Positions 50,266-62,299 of a stretch of DNA of 64,000 bases are shown here, in pieces (position 1 is the stretch's first letter; every line of letters begins with the position of its first letter). This DNA is from Felis catus. Its lineage: Eukaryota. The DNA lies in assembly GCF_018350175.1 (NCBI RefSeq), contig NC_058368.1, positions 211,422,001 through 211,486,000 of the forward strand, given 5' to 3'. Below the pieces are notes generated by a model that was not told the origin of the DNA, searched no databases, and saw only the letters and a program-made list of their open reading frames with translations. A program made the position numbers and the translations under genes.

Positions 50266-51801
50266 CTTCTTATCTTTATCCTCCTCCAGTTTGGAAGAGC
50301 TCTCCGACTGTCTCTTCATTTCTGCGAGCTCCTCCTGAGCGTGCTGGAACTGTTGCCGAAGTTCGTTTGCTTCCTGCTCTTTGGATTTTAAGAGAGCCTG
50401 AATATTTTCCTTTTCCCTTTTCACTTGTGAGACCTCACTTCGAATCTGGGAGACCTCCAAATGGGCCTTCTCTTTCTCTTTTACGGACTCCTTCAATTTT
50501 GAGGCCAACACACTCACTTCACTTTCTAGTGATGACTGGAGCTTTGCGTAGGCAGACCTGGGCACCATGGCGTCGGCCATCGCGGCCTTCTCTTCCAGGA
50601 GTCGTTTCTCCAGTTTTGCTACTTCCCCTTCCTTGCTTGCAAGGTGCTCTTTGAGACTGCTTATTTTTTCCTCCATCTCTTTCGCGGTAGCCCGCAGTGT
50701 GGTTATCACCTGCAAATGTTCTGTGATGGAGACAGAGTTCTCTTTCTGTGCGTCCACCAGCTGTTTGAGCTGCGTCAACTCGTTCAATACCTTTGAGTAC
50801 TGAGACTTCATTTCGGACAATGCCTCTTCTGCCTTAGCTCTGGACACGTTCGTCACTAGCATCAGTTTCTCATGCTCCGCTTTATGGATATATTCGGCTG
50901 TTACGTCTTCTAGAGATTTCCTCTTCCTGTAATCCTCCAGCTCGGCCTGGGCTTCTTTGTACAGCTGGGACAGCTCGCTTACCTGTTTGTTGAGCTCATC
51001 TATCATCCTGTTCATGGCCTCTTTCATATCCCCAGCTTCATCGCCGGCTTCCGGTGTCATCTGACTCTTTAGGGCATCTTTTAGTTTCATGATTTCTTCT
51101 TGGGCCTCTTGGTATTTCTCAAACAAAAAAGCTTTCTCCTTATTCATATTCTCAATCACAGAGCAATATGAACTTTTCATTTCCTCGTACTCTTCCCCGG
51201 GAGACTTAATATCCAAATCTTTCTCCTTCTCTACAAGTTTTTCTTCTAACTCTCTCACTTTCTCCTTATTTCTTTCACTTTCAGCTAATGCGTTCTGGAG
51301 ATCCTGCTTTAGCACATCTATTTCCTCCTCAGTGATCCGTAACTCACGGAGATGTGAATAACTGTCCACGCTTTCAGGCGAGACGAGGCCCAGTTTCATC
51401 TGCTTCTGCACGTTAAGGACTTCTTTCATGGCCTCCTCGTACTTGCTCTGAGTTTCTTTCAGTTTCTGGCTGAGGTCGGAGCCGTTCTCTGAAATCTCTG
51501 CACTGTTCACGCACACCAATTCGGCCCTCCTGGACTGGAGCTCAGCCTGTAGTTGCTGCTTCTCTGCTTCAGAGCTCTCTAGTCTCTTCTGCAAGTCCTG
51601 CAGAATCTCTTGCAGTTGCTGAATTTGCCCATCGCTGTCGAGAGTGGATTTACTCAAGGAATGTGTTAAGACGGATGGAGATGACTTGGAGTCTGGGGGA
51701 GAGGCTTCACTAGGTCTGCCCAGGGGTGGGGCCAAGTCAGTTTGAGTGGAATGGTAGGAGTCAAAGCTCAGGTCTGCATCTGCCTCCTTGGGTGATTTGG
51801 C
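50266..51801 (-). CDS. RAI14: RAI14 large coiled-coil exon (1536 nt, 512 codons; [13 protein letters not shown]...LEEDKDKK)
   Basis: Core of ORF 50233..52017; tttttgcag|GCC...AAG|gttggt; heptad-rich sequence matching the ankycorbin coiled coil. Confidence 0.98.
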
Positions 51802-52441
51802 CTGCAAAAAAGGCAAGAATGAAATGGTGCCAGAGGTGTGGTTAGGTGAGCAAGCAACTGGTAGAAGAGAACAAATCCAAAGCTTACATAGGGGAGAGCT
51901 GCAGCGTCCCTTTATGGGTACTTTTGCCCCATGACAAACCACGGTCTGGGACATGAGAATTGGGTTAACGACACTGAGCTTATTCTGTACTCTCTCAGGA
52001 CAGCTCATTTCTGCCACTTTAAAAACACTAGATTTGTTTGGGCTCTAAAGCCTCTGATTCATAATTTTTCCTTTGCTTCTCATATTATTCCAGTAGCCAA
52101 AAAGGGGCAATGGGCTTAGCATAGCTATTAAATCTGCTAAACGATCAGCTCTACTAAATGAATGGCTGTTTATACACACACACAAGCATGTATATATAGT
52201 AATATATAAAATGCACTAAGTATATAATTATATATAATTTACCAATTTACAGAAATAGAGTTAATGAATTACTCTCTCAACAAACATAATTTGAAACTAT
52301 AAAACGCTAAAGGCGAACTACATTTAAAAAGGAAGAAGAAACTAATGTAGAGGTTTAAAACAAAATACCACCTGACTAACCTGAAAAAACCCAATAGTTT
52401 GCCCCTACAGGATAGTTCGTGGTAACAATCTATGTACCTAC

Positions 52442-52560
52442 CTGTAATTTATCTTGTAATTCTTTATTGTGTAAGGTAAGAGAAGCAACTTTTGCTTGCA
52501 ACAGGACAAGAAGATCTTGTTGGTCAGCTTCAGAACTTATATCCAATAAGCTATCAGCAC
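52442..52560 (-). CDS. RAI14: RAI14 exon ([40 protein letters not shown])
   Basis: ttccaag|GTGCT...TTACAG|gtaggt; 119 nt, phase 1->0. Confidence 0.95.
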
Positions 52561-54149
52561 CTTGGAAAAGAGAAAAGTGATTTTAAATAATATTTTCTTA
52601 AACTAATATTTCTCTGACCTCTAACCGAGTCACCTACCCAATCCAGTGCTTCTTCCTGGCTCTGATGAAAAATGAAAGCCCCTAGCAAAGCCCCTGGTTA
52701 GATGAACAGCAATCCTCAGGTCCTGCGGTTCCCTCATTGGGGTATGCCTAGCATAGGTGTGGATGCGTAGAAGCTCAACTGAAAACTGATGGATTTGGTC
52801 ATACATTTTCCATTCCCCTTATTAAGTATTATACCTTGCCTAATATACATATTATGATATACCTAATATACCATACCTTGCCATATCATATCATGCCTAG
52901 TAAGTGCCATTTATGTGAATCCTTTTAGAAATATCCTACGATCTGGTTCACTTCTTATCCCTACCACCCTTACTCTAGCTTAAACTTTATCACCTGACTG
53001 AGAAGCCCTGCAAACAGCCTCGTAACAAAGCTCTGTCTCTCTCCTTAGTAAACATATAGCTTTGCCTAACACTGTCAGGCTAATCTTCCTAAAATGTGCT
53101 TTGATAGGCTCATTCCTGTGGTTCCAGTGCTTTAATCACTCTCTTTTCAAAATTAATCTCCAGATTCCTTAGTCTGGGTTAAGTCCTCCATAATCTGGCC
53201 CCAAAGTACTTTTTTAGGTGTATGACCCATGATTTCTAGCATCACATCTTCCTCAGGTTCAAACTTTCCATCATACCCTCTATATCTCGACACAAAGCTA
53301 CTTCCTTAATCTTTCATCCATCTGATAGCCCTTGCAGCATCTCTTTGGCTAAGTCCCTTGTAGGCAGGTTTCAGGACCCACGGCAAACTCTGCCTCCTCC
53401 TTACAGCGTTTGCTGACCCGCCCCAGCGTGCACCCGTCTCCTCTTAACCCCACAATCCCACTGCTGGTAAACCACAACTTTTTGACATCCTACTGATTAC
53501 CACGCTGAAATAGCATCTAAAGCTCTGCCACTCAAAGTGCTCACTGAGACAAGAGCCTTGCTCCCAGAATGTCATTCAGTGCACCGCTTCCTTCAGGCAC
53601 AAAGTCTTTCTATGGGGGAAAAAAATGTCTGCTGGACAAAACAGTGTGCTTAGCAGTATAGCTGGATGACTTCCTGGTGCAAACTCAGAACAGTTGTACA
53701 GACCACAATCTGAATAGCACCGATGCACATTTTTTACTATAATTTTATTATTTTCTCACAGCCTTTTAATGCAAAGATGGAAACTTTCATCTTAATTTGG
53801 AAGCATGCAAAATGACATTTCTTCATAGAAATGCTTACTTCTGATGTCAGGTTCCTAACCCATAGCTTTATAAGGAGTACCCTTGACATGATGTCTGGTA
53901 AGTTTGGAATAAACCAGAGGATTGAGAGCATGACTGTAATTCTAAGCAATAGAAATTACTTCTAAAATACAGTGGATGGTTTTTAAAGAATCCAATGTAA
54001 CAAGTGTTCAAATAACTTGGATCTCTGCCAAGAATTAGAAAGTTTAATATTTCTAAATTCTGTAAGTTAAAAGTTCCAAACACCTATGAAATCATAGGCT
54101 GAGAAACTAAATGCTGAAGCAAAAGGAGCTTTTGAAATAATCTCCATGA

Positions 54150-55304
54150 GGGGCACCTGGGTGGCTGAGTCGGTTAAGGGTCTGACTCTTGGTTTTGGAT
54201 CAGGGCATGATCTCACAGTTTGTGAGTTCGAACCCCACATCAGGCTCTGTGCTGACAGTGCAAAGCCTGATTGGGATTCTTTCTCTCTCCCTTTCTCTCT
54301 CTGCCCCTCCCCCTCTCGCTCTCTCTCTAAAATAAATATACTTTGAAAAAGTAAAATGAGGGGCGCCTGGGTGGCGCAGTCGGTTAAGCGTCCGACTTCA
54401 GCCAGGTCACGATCTCGCGGTCCGTGAGTTCGAGCCCCGCGTCAGGCTCTGGGCTGATGGCTCAGAGCCTGGAGCCTGTTTCCGATTCTGTGTCTCCCTC
54501 TCTCTCTGCCCCTCCCCCGTTCATGCTCTGTCTCTCTCTGTCCCAAAAATAAATAAACGTTGAAAAAAAAAATTAAAAAAAAAAAAAAAAAGGGGCGCCT
54601 GGGTGGCGCAGTCGGTTAAGCGTCCGACTTCAGCCAGGTCACGATCTCGCGGTCCGTGAGTTCGAGCCCCGCGTCAGGCTCTGGGCTGATGGCTTGGAGC
54701 CTGGGGCCTGTTTCTGATTCTGTGTCTCACTCTCTCTCTGCCCCTCCCCCGTTCATGCTCTCTCTCTGTCCCAAAAATAAATAAAAAAACGTTGAAAAAA
54801 AAATTAAAAAAAAAGAAGTAAAATGAGGGGCAACCTGGGTGGCTCAGTTGGTTGGGTTTCCGACTTCGGCTCAGGTCATGATCTCAAGGTTCATGAGTTC
54901 GAGCCCTGCGTGGGGCTCTCCACTCTCAGCAGAGTCTGCTTCAGATCCTCTGTTTCCCTCTCTCTCTGCCTCTCTCTGCCTCTCCCCTGCTCTCTCTTGC
55001 TCACACTCTCTCAAAAATGGATACACATTAAAAAAATTTTTTTTAAATAAAAATTTAAAAAAGTAAAATGGAATAATCTACACATTTTTAAAAAAATTTT
55101 TTAATGTGTATCCATTTTTGAGAGAGAGAGAGACAGAACATGAGCGGGGAAGGGGCAGAGAGAGAGGGAGACGCAGAATCCGAAGCAGGCTCCAGGCTCT
55201 GAGCTGTCAGCACAGAGCCCACGCAGGGCTCGAACTCACGAACTGTGAGATCATGACCTGAGCCGAAGTCGGGCGCTCAACCGACTGAGCCACCCAGGTG
55301 CCCC
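54150..55304. mobile_element. Cluster of five CAN-SINEs: + at 54150, 54360, 54592, 54827; - at 55086-55304
   Basis: Five separate heads; repeated target sequence aagtaaaatg. Confidence 0.95.
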
Positions 55305-56085
55305 CTCTACACAACATTTTAAATGGATTCTGGGGGTGCTGAACTATATTCTTAGAGGGTAAACCTTAGGATGGATTCTGAAGACAATGAATTAAACCCT
55401 GTCTTGGTGAAGACAGGATGACTGTGTGTGATTTCAACACTCTGTCTTTGCATTTCTCAATTTAAGATGCACAGTAGGAAAGTTAGACTGTGCAGCCACG
55501 GAAGTGCTCAGTTGGCTCTCCCTCAGGAAATAACCTGTTGCTCAGCGGTGAGGAGTGCCCCTTGTGACGGCTCGTGGCCCCAGACCTCACCGCAAAACAG
55601 TGCTTTATAATACATAAAAGAGAAGACACAGGCTACGTAATTTAAGAGCTGATTCTGTAATGTGCCAATAACAAGAATACAGCAGCAGGTCTAATGCCAT
55701 ATTTCTAGTAGAGAGACTGTAAATGACATTTCAAGATACCCGCGATAACAGTAAGGTGACAGGACATTACCTGCGAATTCTCCTGCTGGCAAAGTCTACT
55801 GGTCTGCTAATACCACTGGGCGTTATTGTCTATATTCATCACTAAAGGAAGTGCTAACAGTAGTTGGGGGCAAATGAAAACAGAGATATTTTTGTTTTCA
55901 CATCCAAGCTCAGGGGCTCCTTAAAATCCAGGGAAAAGTGTCAGCCTGGATTGGCAGCTCCAGGGTGGCACCCCCGGGGTTCTCGGACCTCCTCACACTT
56001 CCTCCGGGTGCGCCTTTGATGTATGTAAATGGACGTGGGCTAGAGACCTGTCGGAGGAACACAAACAGACGCCCCTTCCTCTTAC

Positions 56086-56140
56086 CTGTCGTGCTGTCAC
56101 TTAGTCTGTCTTTGTTTTCCCGTATAGAACTGATCTCAGC
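56086..56140 (-). CDS. RAI14: RAI14 55-nt exon (AEISSIRENKDRLSDSTT)
   Basis: ccaacag|GCT...ACAG|gtaaga; phase 0->1. Confidence 0.95.
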
Positions 56141-56989
56141 CTGTTGGAACACAAAAATGACTTCAAAGAATTTTCCTGAATATGATATTCCACAAAAGAA
56201 GCAAGCAAATTTTCCTGGGTTTACACAGAACAGGTTTCCTTCTAAAAAAAAAAAGTTAGAAAATCGCCAGGAAAGGGAATATTTTAAAATATAAGTGAAT
56301 AAAAGTGATGATGATCTACTGAGATATGATTTCTAAAACGTGAGGTTCCAGAGCATGTGATCTCAAAATAGTTTTCAGGAACTTTATTTAGTAAGTAAAA
56401 TACAAATATCTTTTAAGATTATAATAACTTTATGTAATAGTGAACTTAGTGGGCTATGTCCTAAAACCTGAGATGGCAAATATTAGTTTCATAATGAAGT
56501 CAAATACAAGTCTTACCTATCTGGATAATATACTGATTAAAATACATTAGAAATACTGGTTTAGCTTCACTATTTTATAAATTAACTGTTATTAGTATAT
56601 TTTTATTAATATTTTTAAGAGAATTTGTAGTAAATAAGACCTGTCAGGGAAGATAAAGGTAATTTTGTAAGGGAATACAAAATTTTATGATCATGGGTTG
56701 ACAATCCCCTAAAGATCTCCTCTAAACCTTTGCCCCTGAATATGTGTCTGTAAATACATTGCAAAAGTTCTTGCAACTTCAAAGCCAGACTCTCATTTCA
56801 AAACAAAATGCAATGAGTTGCCAGAAATTACTATGTTTCATCTAGATGAGCAGTGGACTATGATAAGAGAGAGAAGTTTTCAGCAAAGGAACTTTTGTAA
56901 AAGCCCAAATGCTAAAAATAAAGTGGCTCATTTTTGGCAAGTGCTTATCTTTACAAAAAGCTGCCTTTTCGCTTTATAAAAATAGATGT

Positions 56990-57600
56990 CTATTTTTCTT
57001 TTTCAACTATCTTAAAGTACAATAAATGGCATCCATTTAAAGTTTACAGGTTGAGTTTTGACAGATACACACTCATGGAACCACCACGATAACCAAGATA
57101 CAGAAGGTGTCCTTTAGGTCTACAAGATTCTGCATGCTTCCTCACAGCCAATACCTGCCCACCCTATCCCCGGGTAACCTCCACTCTCCTTTTTGCATTT
57201 GCTAGAATTCCTATAAATGGACTGTCATGGGTATGAATATGTGTCGGGCTTTTTTCACTCAGCCTGATGATTTTCAGATTCACCCATGATGCTGCTTACG
57301 AAGGACATTTGGATTGTTTCCAGTTTGGGGATATGTGAATAAAGCTTCTGCAAACTTTTGTGTATACAATTTTTTGAGACATAAGTTTTCATTTCTCTTG
57401 TAAAAACATCAGTGAGTGGATGGCTAGATCACATGTTAGGTGTGTGCTGAACGTTTAAAGAAACTGTCAGTTTTCCAAAGTAGTTTTGCCACTTCACATT
57501 CCTACCAACAGAGTATGATAATTCTAGTTCCTCCACATCATCACCACCATGTAAAAATACACTTCTTAAACTTTAGCCATTCTAAATGGTGTCACTTTTT
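56990..57600 (-). mobile_element. Old L1 3' end (L1ME/MC-like)
   Basis: ggacatttggattgtttccagtttggg...gaataaagct...ttttcatttctcttg signature. Confidence 0.65.
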
Positions 57601-57881
57601 ATCTTTTTGAGATTTTTTTAAAAAGAAATGAAAGGATTTTTATACTCTATTGCTGAAAATTGTAATTTATTCTTCTCTGGAATGCACTGCATCCTTTGAG
57701 CCATAATCATATTAGAAGACTTTAGGGTACTAATTGTAAAGGTATAACTTCCTTTCCTTTCCTCATTTAGGTATTCATATTAAGAATTTATTAATAAAAT
57801 CTAGTTAAAGTGTGGGAAATGTTAGGTTGACGGAATCTTTTTCAGATCACTGTACATCCAAGTTAAAAAACAATTTATTTT

Positions 57882-58085
57882 GGGGCTGCTGGGTGGCTCA
57901 GTCAAACACCTGACTCTTGGTTCTGGCTTATGTCATGATCTCACAGTTTTGTGAGTTCAAGCCCTGCATGGGGCTCTGCACTGGCAGGGCGAAGCCTACT
58001 TGGGATCCTCTCTCTCCCTCTCTCTGCCCCTCTCCCACACACACTATCTCTGTCTCTCTCAAAATAAATAAACTTAAAAAAAAAA
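57882..58085 (+). mobile_element. CAN-SINE
   Basis: Head/CT/tail; TSD aatttat(t/c)tt. Confidence 0.85.
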
Positions 58086-58696
58086 GTAATTTATCTTCAG
58101 TAATTCTTAGATGGGGGAAAGAAGTATACAATTATTCCACTGCAATTTCATTTTAACAATTAGAAATTTTATTTTCTTTCCAAGCATAATTTCCTAGTGA
58201 TGGTTAGGTAAACAGACAGTAAATGAAAATATCCTCCCAGTTCCTAAAATACCTTCCAACAAGAAATCTAGAGAATTAGGTAGAAAGGATTTTCTAAAAT
58301 TAATGCATATTAGCTTTATAGTCAGGAAAAGTTTAATTACAAATATACAATTACTTGTCAGTAAGACACCAGAGAACAATCCTCATTTCTTTCTTTTTGA
58401 TGGGCATTATATCAACTCGATTTAGTAAGAAGATTGGTTATCAGTTAAGTTCTTATCTTTGTCCCTGTTTTTAAAATCAAGAAAATTAGGTATTACTTAC
58501 AGAATGTAATCTATTCATTCTACTTTTTTTGTGTGGAGTCCATGCCAGAAGAAATGAATGAGGGGTGCTTCGTGATGAAAAGGTTGTCAATCAATCACTG
58601 GGAAGTCTATTCTGTTTTGTCCGATGTTGTACCACTTAAATCATGTCTATTATGTATCTTAAAATTCAAAATAAATTGAACACAGACAGGAAATAC

Positions 58697-58783
58697 CTTG
58701 AAGGGTGGTTCAGCAAAGAACACGGATTCCTTTCCCGAAAGTGGCGTTGAAGTTATTGATCTTGGGGAAGACACATCACTCAA
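58697..58783 (-). CDS. RAI14: RAI14 87-nt exon ([29 protein letters not shown])
   Basis: ttttttaag|TTG...AAG|gtattt; phase 0->0. Confidence 0.95.
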
Positions 58784-59397
58784 CTTAAAAAAACAAAATG
58801 AAAATCACAGATAAAGAACGTTTCTTCAAAGACTTTTCTTCTCCAGTGCAAAGGATTAGCCTATTTAACCAATGCAAATAAATCTAACCGTAACCATCCT
58901 TAGTTTCACTTAATCCAAGGGTATCTTCTATTAATATGGCACCTCAAGTACTTTTTGGAAGTTTGCAGAGTATAACTAACTTTCTTCCTATATTTACTGG
59001 AAGCAATTTTCAAAATCTATAAAACTTCTGTGGCATGTTGGGAATATTATTGATGAATATGCTAACATATTTAACATAACTTATCAGAGGAGATATTCCT
59101 CTCAACTATTTGAGAGATTTCATAGACATTCGAGCTTCCTCCTATATGCAATAGTCACTATAAGCTCAGAAATGAAAGCTGCTTTTAATATTAGCCAACC
59201 TTCAATGTAATTAGAAAGGCAAATATATTTGAACAGAATTTTGAGAAACCAGCTAAAATTCATTTTCAATTAACTGCCTCACCAGCTACCCATTCTCCCC
59301 GCCTTCACTTGAGCTGTTCATGTGAGCTACTAAAAGTAGACTGAGCTTCACTTAAGGAAAAAGTTTCTGTTCTAAGATTTTGAGAAATTTCCTTCAG

Positions 59398-59490
59398 GCT
59401 CTTTCTTTCTTTTCTTTCTTTCCTTTTCTTTCCTTTCCTTTTTTCTTTTCTTTTTTCTTTTCTTTTCTTTCTTTCTTTTTTTTTTTTTTC
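59398..59490. repeat. Polypyrimidine (TTTC/TTTTC)n low-complexity tract
   Basis: Read directly from the sequence. Confidence 0.85.
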
Positions 59491-59749
59491 CTGGAGGCTT
59501 TAAAAAAAAGATCCTGTTCAATTCCCCAGCCTTGCACTATTAAATAAGAATCAACATTATTTACATAATAATAATCAAAATCTTTCATGACATTATCTGT
59601 AATTTAAAACCAGTAAAGAAAATTTTAAATGTGCATTTAAGAGTCAATTCTAAACGTTTCATTTTGGCCTAAAGATAAAATGACAAAATCATGGCTTTTT
59701 CTTGTTGTTGTCATATGTTTGTTCAACGTTGGTTTACTTTTGTTTTTAC

Positions 59750-59836
59750 CTGGGTAGGACTGATAGGAGGTGGTGGAGCTTTGCGTTTTTTTGGAGTTCC
59801 ACTTCTTTCTGAGCTTATTTTAGAGACTTGATCATG
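59750..59836 (-). CDS. RAI14: RAI14 87-nt exon with basic NLS-like PKKRK ([29 protein letters not shown])
   Basis: ttccag|CAT...CAG|gtaaaa; phase 0->0; inside ORF 59723..59911. Confidence 0.96.
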
Positions 59837-60905
59837 CTGGAAGTTATCACAGTCCAAAGAATGGAGGTGGGTTAGTTCGGTTAGTAAAGTCTGAACAAAC
59901 AGCTTCATCAAACAAATGAGAAAAACCTCAACAGTTCATGCATTTCTTACTTCAATAAGATCTGACATCTGCTACCAACATAAAAATAAGTAATATGCAT
60001 GCTTCAAGTTTTCTTCCAGCAGCCCATGCTTTAATAGCCAGAAAATAAAAAACACAAGACAAAACCAGATTAAGTTGGTGTAGAGAATTGGGAAAGTAGA
60101 GGATGGGGAGCTGCCTGCCCCAGTTTAGAACCCAGAATACAATGATAGTCTAGCCATCTTAATGCAAAGCAGTGGTATTTCCTCCACCTTTGCATTACTT
60201 CCACTCCTTTTTAAAAAGAATGTCAATATGGGGGCAAGCGGAAACGTCTTCTCTGAAGGTTATGGATAAATAAGTGACACAGTTAGTACCTAATAAATTC
60301 AGTATTGGCTATTTCCTGTCTATGATAATTTTTCAAAACCTTTGATGTGTAAGTAAATAAATGTAACCGCCAACTATACATCTCATCAAAAAAGTAAACA
60401 ATGGTGACAATGTTTTTAGGAAAAAACTCCAAAATAATAGGGCAATCTTCTCAATTTCTATCTAGAACTCTAACAACATTTTATAAAAGTTCCAATTAAA
60501 ATGAAAGGAAAAGCTAACCCTCTTATATTCATTAAATATCTAACACTCTCATGGATAGAGGTCTATAATCCATGGGATACACAAGCATTTAAAATATTGT
60601 TGTTGTTCCTTCGCAGAGCTAACCACACATTTTCACAACAGAAAATATTAGTACATTTCCGAAAAAGATGAATATATAAGTAGCAAGTTTAAAGTCACAT
60701 GCTTTGGAAACAGGGTAAACCATTAAGAAAACAGTTACCACCTTCTAACAATGAATCATCTATTCTAAAGATATTTTACTCCTTAAGCATTTTCAACATA
60801 GTTTTTATCACTTTTCTAGTGGAGCAGAGTGGTTTAATCAGAACATTTTCAAATTCCCACAAGCTATGATGGCCAAAAAAAATTCTCTCCCCCAAAGATA
60901 AATAC

Positions 60906-60934
60906 CTGCTTTGGTTTTGTTGGTGTCTTTGAAT
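60906..60934 (-). CDS. RAI14: RAI14 29-nt micro-exon (DSKTPTKPKQ)
   Basis: ctatag|ATTCAAAG...AAGCAG|gtattt; phase 1->0, needed to join the flanking exons in frame; resembles human DLKTPTKPKQ. Confidence 0.92.
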
Positions 60935-61190
60935 CTATAGAGGAAAAAGTGGGGAAAAAAATAAATAAATAAAGGTAAGAACCATGACTCACATCTACTT
61001 TGGGTGGGAGATACACACACGCACACTCACACCCATACACACAACAAACACAGTATTTAACACTACATTTTTCTTCAAGAATATGTTTAAAAGAATAATA
61101 AAATAGATCATATTGTGCACATTCCTTTACCCTTTGGGGAAAATGGAGTGGATAAATTTAAAACAACACTGACTATTTTCTTTCACATAC

Positions 61191-61369
61191 CAGAATCCTG
61201 AGAGATTTTTGATAATAGAAGGCTTTGAATTCCTGCATTTTCTGAGAGTTTGGAATAATGTAAGGCATTGTGTCCAAGAGAATCTACAAGGTTTAGGTCT
61301 GCACCCTTTTTAATTAAGGCTTCCACAATATTAGAGCTGCTGATCTCACAGGCTAGCATGAGAGCAGTT
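61191..61369 (-). CDS. RAI14: RAI14 coding exon ([59 protein letters not shown])
   Basis: ttag|AACT...TTCTG|gtatgt; 179 nt, phase 2->1; ankyrin repeat sequence. Confidence 0.96.
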
Positions 61370-61824
61370 CTAAAGAAAAAAAAGGAGATACCAAATTAAT
61401 ACAACCAAAATGGGGAAACACTTTTCTGAGAAATCACTTATCCTGAAAACAAGGAAAGAAAGATGAAGTACAGTTAAATATATACACTTAATGGACTGCT
61501 AGTGAGATGAAACTAGGGGTGTTTTTTTAACTTCAGATTAAATCAAAACATTAAACCATATAAGGTCAAACATAATCTTCTAAATATGATGGAATTTAAT
61601 ATGATTGGCACCAATCATAATATGATGGCACCTTTCACCTCAAGCATTTTAAAGTACCTATACATCATTAGGACTATTTTTTAAAGCAGCCAATATGTTT
61701 AATTTTGCATGAAAAGCCATTGAAAATGGCCTAGTCACTTCAGTATTTAATAATTGCATCACAGAGGTCTAGGGGAAATTTTTTTTACATCAAACAGATT
61801 CTCGATTATCAAAAGAGGCAGAAG

Positions 61825-61926
61825 GGGTGTCTGGCTGGCTCAGTCAGTAGAGCGTGTGACTCCTGATCTCAGAGGCATGAGTTCGAGCCCCATGGTGGGT
61901 ATAGGGCTAACTTAAAAAAAAAAAAA
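61825..61926 (+). mobile_element. Short older CAN-SINE
   Basis: tRNA-like head then A tail; TSD aggcagaa. Confidence 0.8.
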
Positions 61927-62049
61927 CAGGCAGAAAATGAAAAAATTAAAAACACTTTATTACAAATGATCTAAAATATAGCTGTAATATTTTGAGGCTC
62001 CCAGAATGTAGATATCACTGAAATCCCATGATTTCTATTTTGGTGGTAC

Positions 62050-62156
62050 CTTCCATTTTTGTCCCTGGAATTTACGTCTGCTCCATGATCCAGGAGAAAG
62101 CGACAGACCTCACTGTGGCCACTTTGTACTGCAAGAAGCAGTGGTATATTCCCATC
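62050..62156 (-). CDS. RAI14: RAI14 internal coding exon (ankyrin repeat: [35 protein letters not shown](R))
   Basis: Minus strand ctcctag|GATGGG...GGAAG|gtacca; 107 nt, phase 0->2. Translation matches the recalled RAI14 ankyrin region. Upstream exons lie beyond the right edge. Confidence 0.96.
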
Positions 62157-62299
62157 CTAGGAGACAAATGTAGATTGATTTTAACTACGATCCTAAATGC
62201 CAGAATTGCCTTGTTCTTTGTACATTTTATTCCTGAACTGTCCTGCCACCATGACAGTTTGTGTCCCAATAGGGCTGCCATGACATCTCAGCACAGCAC

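Noticed and set aside
51802..52017. N-terminal extension of the 594-aa ORF (50233..52017), as if it were a single-exon gene
   Set aside because: The real exon is bounded by AG at 51802-51803 and GT at 50264-50265; the extension is intronic read-through and unlike RAI14
54150..55304. CRISPR-like or tRNA-array reading of the repeated ~200-bp units
   Set aside because: The units are SINEs with CT tracts, A tails and TSDs; there are no spacers, cas genes or intact tRNA cloverleaves
59394..59588. Lys-rich ORF
   Set aside because: Translation of an A-rich low-complexity tract
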